Shown here in pieces: positions 1 to 9,210 of a stretch of 64,000 nucleotides of DNA. Made by a program: the position numbers and the translations under genes. Position 1 is the first letter of the stretch, and every line of letters begins with the position of its first letter. The DNA is from Candidatus Latescibacterota bacterium (GTDB lineage Bacteria; Latescibacterota; UBA2968; UBA8231). A model generated the notes under the pieces. The model saw nothing but the letters and a program-made list of their open reading frames with translations. It was not told the DNA's origin and ran no database searches. Location: contig CBDAOB010000005.1 of the NCBI GenBank assembly GCA_965197905.1, positions 768,001-832,000 on the forward strand, given 5' to 3'.

Positions 1-1
1 G

Positions 2-1501
2 ATTCCCTGGCACCTGTGGCTGCCGGTTCTGTCGCGCTGGTTTGTCCTCATTATTGCCTACCACCTCATGCTGCTGAGCGCTTTGGTGATCCTGCGGCGA
101 CAGTGGGTGGAGAACGAGCGCCTGGCGTTTCCCATGGCCCAGGTACCCCTGGCCATGGTACAGGACAACGGCAGCCCCAATTCGATCATCAAACCGTTCT
201 TCAAGAATCCGGTCATGTGGGCCGGCTTCCTCTTCTGCTTTCTGATGAACAGCACCAACATTCTACACGACTATTTCCCCTGGATTCCCGCCTTCATGGG
301 ACAGGCAACCTACATGATTTTTCGGGAACAGATCGAGATCCAACTTCGTATCAATTTTCTCATGTTGGGTTTTGCCTATTTCATCAATACCGGCGTTGCT
401 TTCAGCATCTGGTTCTTCTACCTCCTCAAGCTCGCCCAGCAAGGTCTCTTAATGACGCTGGGCATAAATCCGTACCAAAGCATGGGTCCCTGGTGGGCGT
501 CCGCCAGCGGCTCCATCTTCGGCCACCAGATGATGGGCGCCCTCATTGTCATGGTGCTCTTTGGTCTCTGGACCGCACGGTCTCACCTCAAGGATGTTTT
601 GCGCAAGGCCTGGAACAGCGATGCACCGGTGGACGACTCGCGGGAAATCATGTCGTATCGGACTGCCGTACTCTGCTTCCTGAGCGGCGGGGCTGTCGTC
701 TTCGTCTGGTTGTGGCAGTCGGGTTTCCCAGCCTGGATCGCGCCGATCTTCATCTTCGCCATCCTGGTGGTCATGATCGGACTGGCGCGGGTCATCGCCG
801 AGACCGGTATACCTACCGTTACGCCCTCCATGGGGCCGGCCACCTTCGTAATGTCCAGTGTCGGCGCGACGGCTCTGGGCATGCAGGGTCTGGTGGCAGC
901 GGGTTACACGCTGGTGTGGGCCGGCGGTTTTCTAACCTTCGTTACCGCGCCCATGGCCAACGCGCTACGCCTGGGGTCGGAGATCACCCGGCATCGACGG
1001 GCCTTGGTGATCGCCATCATGGCGGCTTCGGCGATTGCCATCGCGGCTGGTACCTGGTATTGGATCTATCTGGGCTATAATCACGGAGGTCTCAACCTCA
1101 ATGGCAGATACTACCAGGTCTACTCGCGGTCGGCGCCCCGCTTCGCCGAAGTCGCGATCGGTGGCGCCCCGGGGGTCAACCTGGTTGGGTGGATCTGGTC
1201 AGGAATCGGGGCAGCGGTCATGATCGGTCTGATGATCGCGCGCCACACCTTTGCCTGGTGGCCTTTCCATCCCGTCGGCTTCGCCATCAGCACCTCGTGG
1301 GTGTTGACCGCCACCTGGATGTCGACGCTGCTCGCCTGGCTGATCAAGCTAGGGGTGTTGAAGTACGGCGGACCTGCGCTCTACGAACGAACCAAGCCAT
1401 TTTTCATAGGGATTATTCTGGGCCAGTTCGTGGCGGCGGGGTTCTGGCTGCTGGTGGATGCCTTTACAGGTGTGAGAGGCAATCATATCAGGGTGTATTA
1501 G
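2..1501 (+). CDS. DUF6785/DUF6784-like polytopic membrane protein (putative transporter), subtype A; 5' end lies outside the window
   Basis: The frame is open from nt 2 (IPWHLWLPVLSRWF...). It has many TM segments and the motifs RRQWVENERLAFP, WWPFHPVG and KYGG...KPFFIG. It is closely paralogous to 31035..33014, with the same GNHIRVY terminus. Confidence 0.8.
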   Translation: MPWHLWLPVLSRWFVLIIAYHLMLLSALVILRRQWVENERLAFPMAQVPLAMVQDNGSPNSIIKPFFKNPVMWAGFLFCFLMNSTNILHDYFPWIPAFMGQATYMIFREQIEIQLRINFLMLGFAYFINTGVAFSIWFFYLLKLAQQGLLMTLGINPYQSMGPWWASASGSIFGHQMMGALIVMVLFGLWTARSHLKDVLRKAWNSDAPVDDSREIMSYRTAVLCFLSGGAVVFVWLWQSGFPAWIAPIFIFAILVVMIGLARVIAETGIPTVTPSMGPATFVMSSVGATALGMQGLVAAGYTLVWAGGFLTFVTAPMANALRLGSEITRHRRALVIAIMAASAIAIAAGTWYWIYLGYNHGGLNLNGRYYQVYSRSAPRFAEVAIGGAPGVNLVGWIWSGIGAAVMIGLMIARHTFAWWPFHPVGFAISTSWVLTATWMSTLLAWLIKLGVLKYGGPALYERTKPFFIGIILGQFVAAGFWLLVDAFTGVRGNHIRVY

Positions 1502-1629
1502 CGGTTTGCTCTGCTGCGAACAGGGGCAACTTTGGTTTGACACGTTTCTTGTGCGGCTTTTGCCGATATGCGTCTCATCGAGAAGAGGTCCTAGTACCCT
1601 GCACGGCGGGATCGGCGCTCTTCCTCAAC

Positions 1630-1767
1630 AATGCCGCCGAGACCGTCGAGGTCCGTCAGTCTGTCGTTGTCCCACACGATTATCGCCGCAGGAATACTGC
1701 TCAGGTTTGCCAGCGCATTGTTCGCGATTACGAGACGATCACCCACCGAGCTGAGGTTGGAAAGACC
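1630..1767 (-). pseudogene. Short remnant resembling receptor L-domain/leucine-rich repeats
   Basis: Translates as GLSNLSSVGDRLVIANNALANL...IVWDNDRLTDLDGLGGI, a pattern typical of L-domain repeats. No credible start of its own. Confidence 0.35.
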
Positions 1768-1896
1768 TCGGGGAGCTGTTTCGCCGCCAGCTAACGTCGA
1801 TTTGGTCTTAAGCCTGCTCGTCCAACTCTTGGAGAGCCTGTGCCGAAACAATAATGGGCATAGAGAGCTCGTCCATGGGCTCGCCCGATCGATTGG

Positions 1897-2603
1897 GCGT
1901 GCCTCTTTGTCGTCGTCGCGTGCAGGTTCCATGGCAATGTACTGGGCTACGCGGGGCCGCGTGTCCCAGTTGATGCCGGCCGTGTGCGGTAGGGCGGTGC
2001 GCCAGATGATCAGGTCGCCGGCGTTGGCCGCTACGCGTTGCGACGGATCGTTCCCCTCGTAAGTCCTGCTGCCCGGAGGCAGATGGTCGAGCCAGCTCTC
2101 CAGTTTCTTGTGAAATCCCGGTACGCAGCGAAAGGCTGTTCTTCGGGGGTATCGTTCAGGTAAAGGACACCTTGCACCCCGGAGCCCACAGGTCGGTCTC
2201 CCAGGTCTACGTCCCAGTGCAATCCATGCTCCTGCGCATCGGGATCGCGGCTAGGCGGATTGATGCTGGCACGGTCGTGGCTGACCCACAATTTTTCGCT
2301 GGCCAAAACCTGACTGAAAGCCAGGTGCACGCGCGGGGCCGTGCGGTTGTTCCACTGGGCCTGGTGGTGGTAGATCTCGATCATGCCGGTACCCTTACGC
2401 GCCGGGACCCCGGGGCCATCAGGTCCCGCTGGCCCTGGCGGCCGTTCCGCGTACCAGGTGTCGGGATCATCTGGATCCATTGCTACAAATGCCCACAAGG
2501 CGCGGGCGGTGTCTTCGGCCTGCTCGCGGGAGATTACCTGGCGGGCAATGACATAGCCATTTTCGTCGAAGAATTCCAGATCTTTCGTAGTCAGAACGGA
2601 CAT
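1897..2603 (-). pseudogene. PhyH-family Fe(II)/2-oxoglutarate dioxygenase, frameshifted and C-terminally degraded
   Basis: MSVLTTKDLEFFDENGYVI...LHWD...VQGVLYLNDTPEEQ, then a frame change near 2135 continues as AFRCVPGFHKKLESW...AGDLIIWRTALPHTAGINWDTRPRVAQYIAM. Confidence 0.75.
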
Positions 2604-2741
2604 GGGCGGTGCCCTCCGGTTATGCGACTTTTTCCAACATACAGAATAATAACCTAAGCGCTTCTTGAGAGACAATCTCGGCAAATAGCGTCTGGTCTAT
2701 CGCCACTGCGGCCACCTGCGTCGGCGTGAAACATCACTCTC

Positions 2742-5718
2742 CTAAAGCAGCAAGTTCGAGAGATCGGGGAACCCCACCAGGGTCCGCACGAGAACGGAAA
2801 AGGTATCGAAGTTGCCCCCCGATCTCGCCGCGGAATCGAATTCCTTGGCGTCCCGAATCAGTCCGACAACGGTGTAGAGTTCGTATCCGAAGTACCGCGA
2901 TCGGTTGGTCAGAGATGCGATCGCGGTTCGGCGCCTGAAGCTGTCCAGGCCGCGCTGTCGGTTGTCGAAACGATACGGAAGAGGACCCCCACCCCTGTAT
3001 TCCCAGGCGCGCGGTGGTGCGAGCCATGAGCGGCATCTCGAACAGCAGGATGGGCAAGGTCTCGTACTCGAAGCGAATGGTCCGGTCTTGTTCGCGATCG
3101 ACGAAACGGATCATCTGAAACTTGAACTTCGGCCGTATGCTGAGCTTTCCCAAGTTCCAAGTGTAATCCAGGCGGTTAACGAAGGTCGAGTGGTCGAGGC
3201 GGCGTTCGCGCCCGATAAACCCTCCAGATAAACGCCCCCCCTTCTGCCAGTTCACCCGCAGGCGGAGCTTTTGCACCAGATTGAGAGTCGACCAGGGCTG
3301 CAGCCAGTTTTCGAGATAGGCCTCGTTGACATAGCTGTTTTCGTAGAGCAACTGATCCTCGCGGGGGCGGCTGTGGAACGAGCGATTGCCCCTATAGGCG
3401 GAGTGTACATAGAACCGGTACTCCCCCGTAAACCGTCGGTTTTCCGCGAAGATATTGTATTCGTCAGGGATGTTGTCTCGCACGCGGCGAAAGCTGTTTT
3501 CGAAGAACAGCCGCCGCACGCGGTCGAGGCCCTCGCGGCGATAGGTGAGCAGGGTGTAGGTGGTAAGGTTCGCGCCGCTGCCGGCCATCTGCTCGACATC
3601 ATGGCGCCCCAGAGCCAGCGTCCAACGTTGGCTCAGATTGGCCTGGGCAAAAACGTGATAGCCGCGCTGGTCCGCGTCGTAGGGGTGGTCCGGGTCCCAA
3701 TCGTCCTCCCGCTGATCGGGCTCGTCGTTGTTGTTGCGGTCGAGTCCATAGGTGTAGTCGTTGGGTTCCACTTCGTACATCAGGAAAGGCTCCAGGTAAT
3801 CCGGTAACGCATCGCCGTTGCGATTGATATCGGGATAGCCGTCGTTATCTGAGTCTTGAGAGATGTAGACGCCGTCCGGATCTATTCCGCAAGGGGGGTT
3901 ACAATCATTGATGTACCAGGTCCCGGTGGTCCATCCGGTGCGCTTGTCCGGGAATCTGTCGCCGTCCTCGTTGTCCTGCACCAGGTCCCAGTAGATGGTT
4001 TCATTGGAAATGCCCTTGATCGTGCTGCGGTGATCCGAAACACCCCCCTCGCGCGCTACGAAGCTGCGCATGGTGGTGGTGAACTCGGGATTCATGGCGA
4101 AGTACTCGCCGCCGAATCGCCAATTCCCTGTCCAGCGCGTGGCGTTGATGAAGTAGGCAGAGCCCCGGTCGGCAAAGCGTGGGCTTTCATCGAAGCTGGG
4201 AAGATTCGCGGTTTCGGCCGGAAAACGTCGGTACACGCTGGAGCGCGCGTACTCGCCATTCAACTCCAGGCCGACAACCTGCAGATTCAGATCGGCGCTG
4301 TAGGTGAATATGGCCGTGTCCTCACCGATCCGAAACCGCACTCGCTTCAGATTGGACAGGTCCTGAACATTGTCGCGGGCTCGCAACACCGTGCGGTAGA
4401 ATTCGCTCTTGAAGCGCTCCTCATATCCTTTGCCGCGAATATTAGCCTCCCGCAGGTTGGCCACCTCCACCCGGTAGTCGTTTGCCAGCATCGCCTCCAC
4501 CTCGACGGATTCCAGGTAGGGTTCCTGCGAAATATCGAAGAGGTAGACAAGCTGCTCGTCGCCATCAGCACGCTGAAGCTCCGCGGCAGATTCTACCGTG
4601 AACGTGGAAAGCAGGCGGCTGAGGTTGGTCTGACGGCTCACGTCCACTCCTGCTTCGTGGTCGTGGCGGTAGAGATAATCGGCGTAGAGGGGGATCTCGT
4701 CGCGGCCCCGGTAAAATGTTGTGTAGCCCGGGGTATGAGTGAAGTGGGGATAGGGGAGAAACCTGCCCGTAATCACGGAATAGGTACCGACCTGGGTAGT
4801 GGCGTTAGCACGGTGTCGGATCACCTGTGGCACGAGGTTCCGTCGCGGCTCGCCGTTGACGATCAGCAGGATATCCTGGATCACCGCGCCGCCGCGGCCA
4901 TCCCGGGGGGAATCGTCCGCAAAGCGGACAACGATCCAGTCGACCAGAGGGTGACCGGGTCGCAATATGCCCTTGATGCTGTTGTCGGGTCGCCCACTAT
5001 CGTATACGTGGAGATTGGCGAGATTCAAACCGAGGCTGGCGTTGCCGATATCGGTCTGCAGGCGGCCACCCAGAAGTAGGGAGGAGTCCGCGGCGTACAT
5101 GGTCGGTCCGATATGAAATGGAGTTTTGCGAACATAGTCGAACCCGCGGGGTGCGTAGGGGCGTTGAATGCGACTCGCCAGGGTCGTCAGTTTGAGGTGT
5201 GGGGTCGCAAGATCGAAACGAAAGCCGCTGAAATCGACCAGCGACAGCGTAAGGGGCGTGAAACGTGCCGTGAGTACGTCTCCCACGGTGGCACTGTAGT
5301 TCCAATCGCCATAGCCATCGCGAGCGATAGCTATGTAGGCGAAGGCCTCGGTCCAGGTGCCCTCATTCTTGGATATGGAGCTGCCCCACTGGAGTTCCGG
5401 TTGGCGCCGCTCATACCAGGTGAAGAGATCGTAGCCGGTAACCACATGGTCGCCGAACACGTCGTAGATCGCTCGCGGGTAGAAGTTCTCGACGAGGCCA
5501 GGTTGCTCCGCCTGCGGGAAGTTGGTTTGCAGATAGTTGCTGTAGGTGTCGAATGCGTAGTTTTGGTAGGACGGCACCGGCCGCCGCAGCAGCCAATTGG
5601 TGGGATAGGATTCGGCAAGGGTTACGCGCGATTCTTCGCCGTAGCCAACACCGGTTCCAATGCTGGCCAAAACCACCAGAAGGAAATTTCGCGGGATGCT
5701 GCCGAATCGACATGTCAT
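2742..5718 (-). CDS. Large (~990 aa) exported, putative outer-membrane protein with acidic DxDxDG repeats (paralogue 1); +1 frameshift near the C-terminus
   Basis: Signal-peptide-like N-terminus; colinear with 9211..12180 and 55666..58680. Removing one base from the C5 run at 2986-2990 restores GPLPYRFDNR...NRSRYFGYELYTVVG...VRTLVGFPDLSNLLL*, which matches the paralogues' C-termini. Confidence 0.75.
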
Positions 5719-5884
5719 CGTCACCAGTCCCTTTTTCTGGCACGGCGATTCCTTATGTCACTTCATAGGTTTCGCTTGGCTGACATCAATAAAAACAGAT
5801 AGACTCTCGAGCACAAAGAGCTCACCCAAAATGCCCCTCAAATGATTCCGGGCCGGTTACGCGCTCCTAACCAGGACAGGTAGA

Positions 5885-7857
5885 ATGGTGTCAGACCCAG
5901 TTCCCGGGGAACATTCACCTGCAGACGGAGCGCATACTCGACGCACGTGGGAAGAGCAGGAAGAGTCTGGTCCCACCATTACCCTCCGAGCTGTACTGCT
6001 GGGTATAGTCTCCTTCTGGGCAGTGGTGCATCTATTGTTTCTTTCGGTGAGCTCACAGCTCCCGTTGATGGTCCTCATTTCCTTCGTCTTCTGGCTCTTC
6101 TTCAACTCCCTGCTCAGAACCTTCGTCCCGCGGCTGGCGCTACGCAGGGGCGAGCTACTGACGATTTTTACCACGGATGGGTAGTGGGCACGGTACCCCT
6201 CAATGGCTGGATGTGGGACATTGTAGCGATGCTGCCGCTCCCGACTCACGGTGCCGGACCTGAAAACCAGTGGGTCGAGGTCCTATTCGACATGTTGCCC
6301 TGGCACGTGTTCACCAGCACCGAGCCGAGGGTTATAAACGGTTACTGGTACGGGCTTGATCAGGGCGAGACGGTACCGTGGGGGGGATGGGTTGGCGCCA
6401 TTGGTCACTGGTTCGGCGTCTCCATGGGAATGATGGTATTCGGATTCTGCATCTTCGTGCTCTTTCACCGCCACTGGGTCGAAGGGGAAAAGCTGACCTT
6501 TCCTCTGGCTCAGATGCCGCTCGATCTCACACTCGGCTGCGAAGGTCCAGGACGCGTTCCCCGCTTGTTCAAATCGTGGCTATTCTGGGTGGGAGTCGCC
6601 GCGGTTTTCTTGCCAGCCGCCTACAATTCCGCCGGTTATTTCCTGCCCGGATTGCCCAAGACGAAAATCTTCTTCGACGCGTATTCCGTCGAACTGGGCG
6701 AGCACATTGGTGTCTCGATTCGCTTGTTGCCCCTTGCTCTCGCCGTCGCCTATCTGTGCCCGCTGGATATACTGGCCAGCTTGATTGTTTTCTACTGGCT
6801 GACCCTGCCCAAGGAGTGGATGATGAGCCGGACCGGTTTGACGGTCGGCTCCGAAGGCAACCAGCTGGGCGCCAGGGATATTCTTCAGATGGAAGGCTAC
6901 GGGGCCCTCATCTTTGTCGCCCTCTGGTCCATCTGGTTGGCACGGAGGCACCTTCGTGGCATCTGGCGACAAGCATTCTCCAGGGAAGGGGACCCGAGCG
7001 ACACGAGGCAGTACCGTTGGGCGCTCTTCGGGCTGTTGGTTTCGGGACTCTATGTCACGGGCTGGATCATGGCACTTGGGGCAAGCCTGCTCCTGGCAGC
7101 GGGGTTGTTGCTGTTGTTTACCCTAGCCCACTTCGTCACGGTCAAGCTGATGGCGGCTACCGGATTTGCATATCTCATCCCGAACCATCCCCATCTCAAG
7201 GGAGAGTCCTTCATTCTCCACCTGGTGGGCACAGAACATCTGTCGCCGCGCTCGGTGGTAGGCCTCAAGCTCATCACTGGCAATGTGTTCATGGGCTCTG
7301 CCGGGCGGATTCCGGGCTGGCCGGCAATCGTACACCACCTGCGCATCTTCTCCATCCGCCGGCAGCCCGTGTGGGTTCCGGCCTCATTGCTTGTCGCCTT
7401 TGCCTGCGGCTTTCTCGCTATTGCCGGGACCACCATAGACTGGGCGTACGGTAGGGCGACCCAGGGCATGGGCGGAAACGACCGAACCCTCGACCAGATG
7501 GTGCGCCTGATCCACCAGCCCACCGTGGCGGCGGCGGGCAAGTGGGCCGTATGGCTAACCGGCTTCTTCGAAGCTGCGGGAATCGCCTGGCTGCGGATGC
7601 GCTTTCACTGGTTTCCCTTTCATCCGGTGGGATTGGCGTTTCAGTACACGGTGGGTGCGCGGTTCTACTGGTTCAGCCTGCTGGTGGTGTGGATAGTAAA
7701 GTACGGCCTGCTGCGCTACGGCGGCGTTCGACTCTACGCGGCTGGAAAGCCGTTGTTCTACGGCCTCGTTGTAGGTTACGTGATCGGGGTCATCCTGGCC
7801 CGGGGTGTGGATCGAATATGGTTTCCTGCGGAGTCGCACTGGCTCCACAGGTGGTAA
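5885..7857 (+). CDS. DUF6785/DUF6784-like membrane transporter, subtype B; split by a -1 frameshift at ~6175
   Basis: ORF 5885..6184 (ITLRAVLLG...LRRGELLTIF) joins the frame of ORF 5947..7857 (WVVGTVP...HWVEGEKLTFPLAQ...WFPFHPVG). Together they are colinear with intact 27214..29181 (GELLTIFCMLWLVGTVP). Confidence 0.75.
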
Positions 7858-7886
7858 GGGGACGCTCCGATGGTTCTGACATGGTC

Positions 7887-9023
7887 TCAGCTGGTAGCTG
7901 TGACGACGTTCACCGGAACCCGGTGCCACCCGGTGCGGCCATCGTAGGCGTCGGCCCCGTCGTCGTCTCGGGGTTGGACGTCCCCGGCATCATCGGTTGC
8001 CCTGGCGACGATCTGGTAGCCACCGCTCTCCGGCAGGGACCAACGGTAACCCCAGGTCACCCATATGTTGGGCGAATTTCTCGTTGTTATCTGCGCCTCC
8101 TGCCAGTGCACCCCGCCGTCGGTGCTTACCTCGATCCGGGCTACCCTGCGCTCCCCCGCCATCGCTATGCCGTGAATGACAAAGTCGTCTCCAACCTTTC
8201 CGCGAAGCGTCTGCGGGGCAACGGTCGTACCGCCGCCGGCGGGATCTTTCACATCATCCCACACGGAAACCGGCGCATCGATGCGCGAGTTGACGGTGGC
8301 AATGGCGTCATCTGACCACTTGTACGGCTGGTCCTTGGGAAGACTCTCCCAGTACCCCAGGTAGACGTTGTCGATGAGATCAATCCGGTCAATCCACTTC
8401 GGCATCTTTTGACCGTAGTGCCCGGGATTGATCAATCGCACCGGGAACCCGTGTTTGGATGGCAAGGGCTCGCGGTTCATTTCCCAGGCGAGAAGAACCT
8501 CCTCCCTGACGGCGCGTTCGAGGGGAATCGAGGTCGAATACCCGTCGATGCTGTGGAACTTGACGCGTATGGCCTGATTCCGCACGCCCGCGCGTTCCAG
8601 GAGATGTCGCAGCGGCGTGCCTCCCCACTCGGCATTGCCCACCAGGGGTCCTCCGATCCAGTTGCCGATGCATTGCAGCGTAACCGTATGCCTCTCGAAA
8701 GGCAGCAATCTCATGTCACCATAGGTGAGATCGTTTATGGGTGAATTCACCAGACCACCTACGCTCAGATGCCATCTGTCGGGATCCACTCGCGGGTCGT
8801 ACTGTTCGCCCTCTATGGACACTACATAGAAGCGGTCGTTGCTGGTAACGGGAGGCAACGGCAGGTCTTCCTCCGTCGTCGCTGGCGGGACATCCAGGTC
8901 GGGCGCCGTCGGCATGGCGGTCACATCCACGGAATTATCCGCGCACCCGACCCATGGCACAAAGCTCGAGATCATCGCACCCCCCCCCGCCTTCAGGAAA
9001 TCGCGCCTCGGCATTCGTTTCAT
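7887..9023 (-). CDS. Tat-exported molybdopterin oxidoreductase, sulfite oxidase family (catalytic + dimerisation domains), probable lipoprotein
   Basis: Twin-arginine signal PRRDFLK and lipobox-like WVGC. Mo-ligating Cys in LQCIGN; family motifs GNAEWGG, HGFPVRL, PGHYGQKMPKW and EVSTDGG. Confidence 0.88.
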   Translation of the reverse strand: MKRMPRRDFLKAGGGAMISSFVPWVGCADNSVDVTAMPTAPDLDVPPATTEEDLPLPPVTSNDRFYVVSIEGEQYDPRVDPDRWHLSVGGLVNSPINDLTYGDMRLLPFERHTVTLQCIGNWIGGPLVGNAEWGGTPLRHLLERAGVRNQAIRVKFHSIDGYSTSIPLERAVREEVLLAWEMNREPLPSKHGFPVRLINPGHYGQKMPKWIDRIDLIDNVYLGYWESLPKDQPYKWSDDAIATVNSRIDAPVSVWDDVKDPAGGGTTVAPQTLRGKVGDDFVIHGIAMAGERRVARIEVSTDGGVHWQEAQITTRNSPNIWVTWGYRWSLPESGGYQIVARATDDAGDVQPRDDDGADAYDGRTGWHRVPVNVVTATS

Positions 9024-9210
9024 CGATCAGCTCTCCCCGCCCATTCGCCGATCTGCCACGAGTCTATCTTTTCTGAATATCGGCCAGAATCTCCAGGGAC
9101 TCGTTCGCGGGGTTGTATTGGGATATTGATGTTCGCCAACGGAAACAGAAACGCAAGCGCTCGATGACGCTGCTTTACTCCAGCTGGCTCGAACCGAGGG
9201 GGATCTAACG

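Noticed and set aside
5755..5786. ATGTCA...TGACAT inverted repeat in the divergent intergenic region
   Set aside because: Only 6-bp arms with a 20-nt spacer, and not seen at the other module promoters; compatible with chance.
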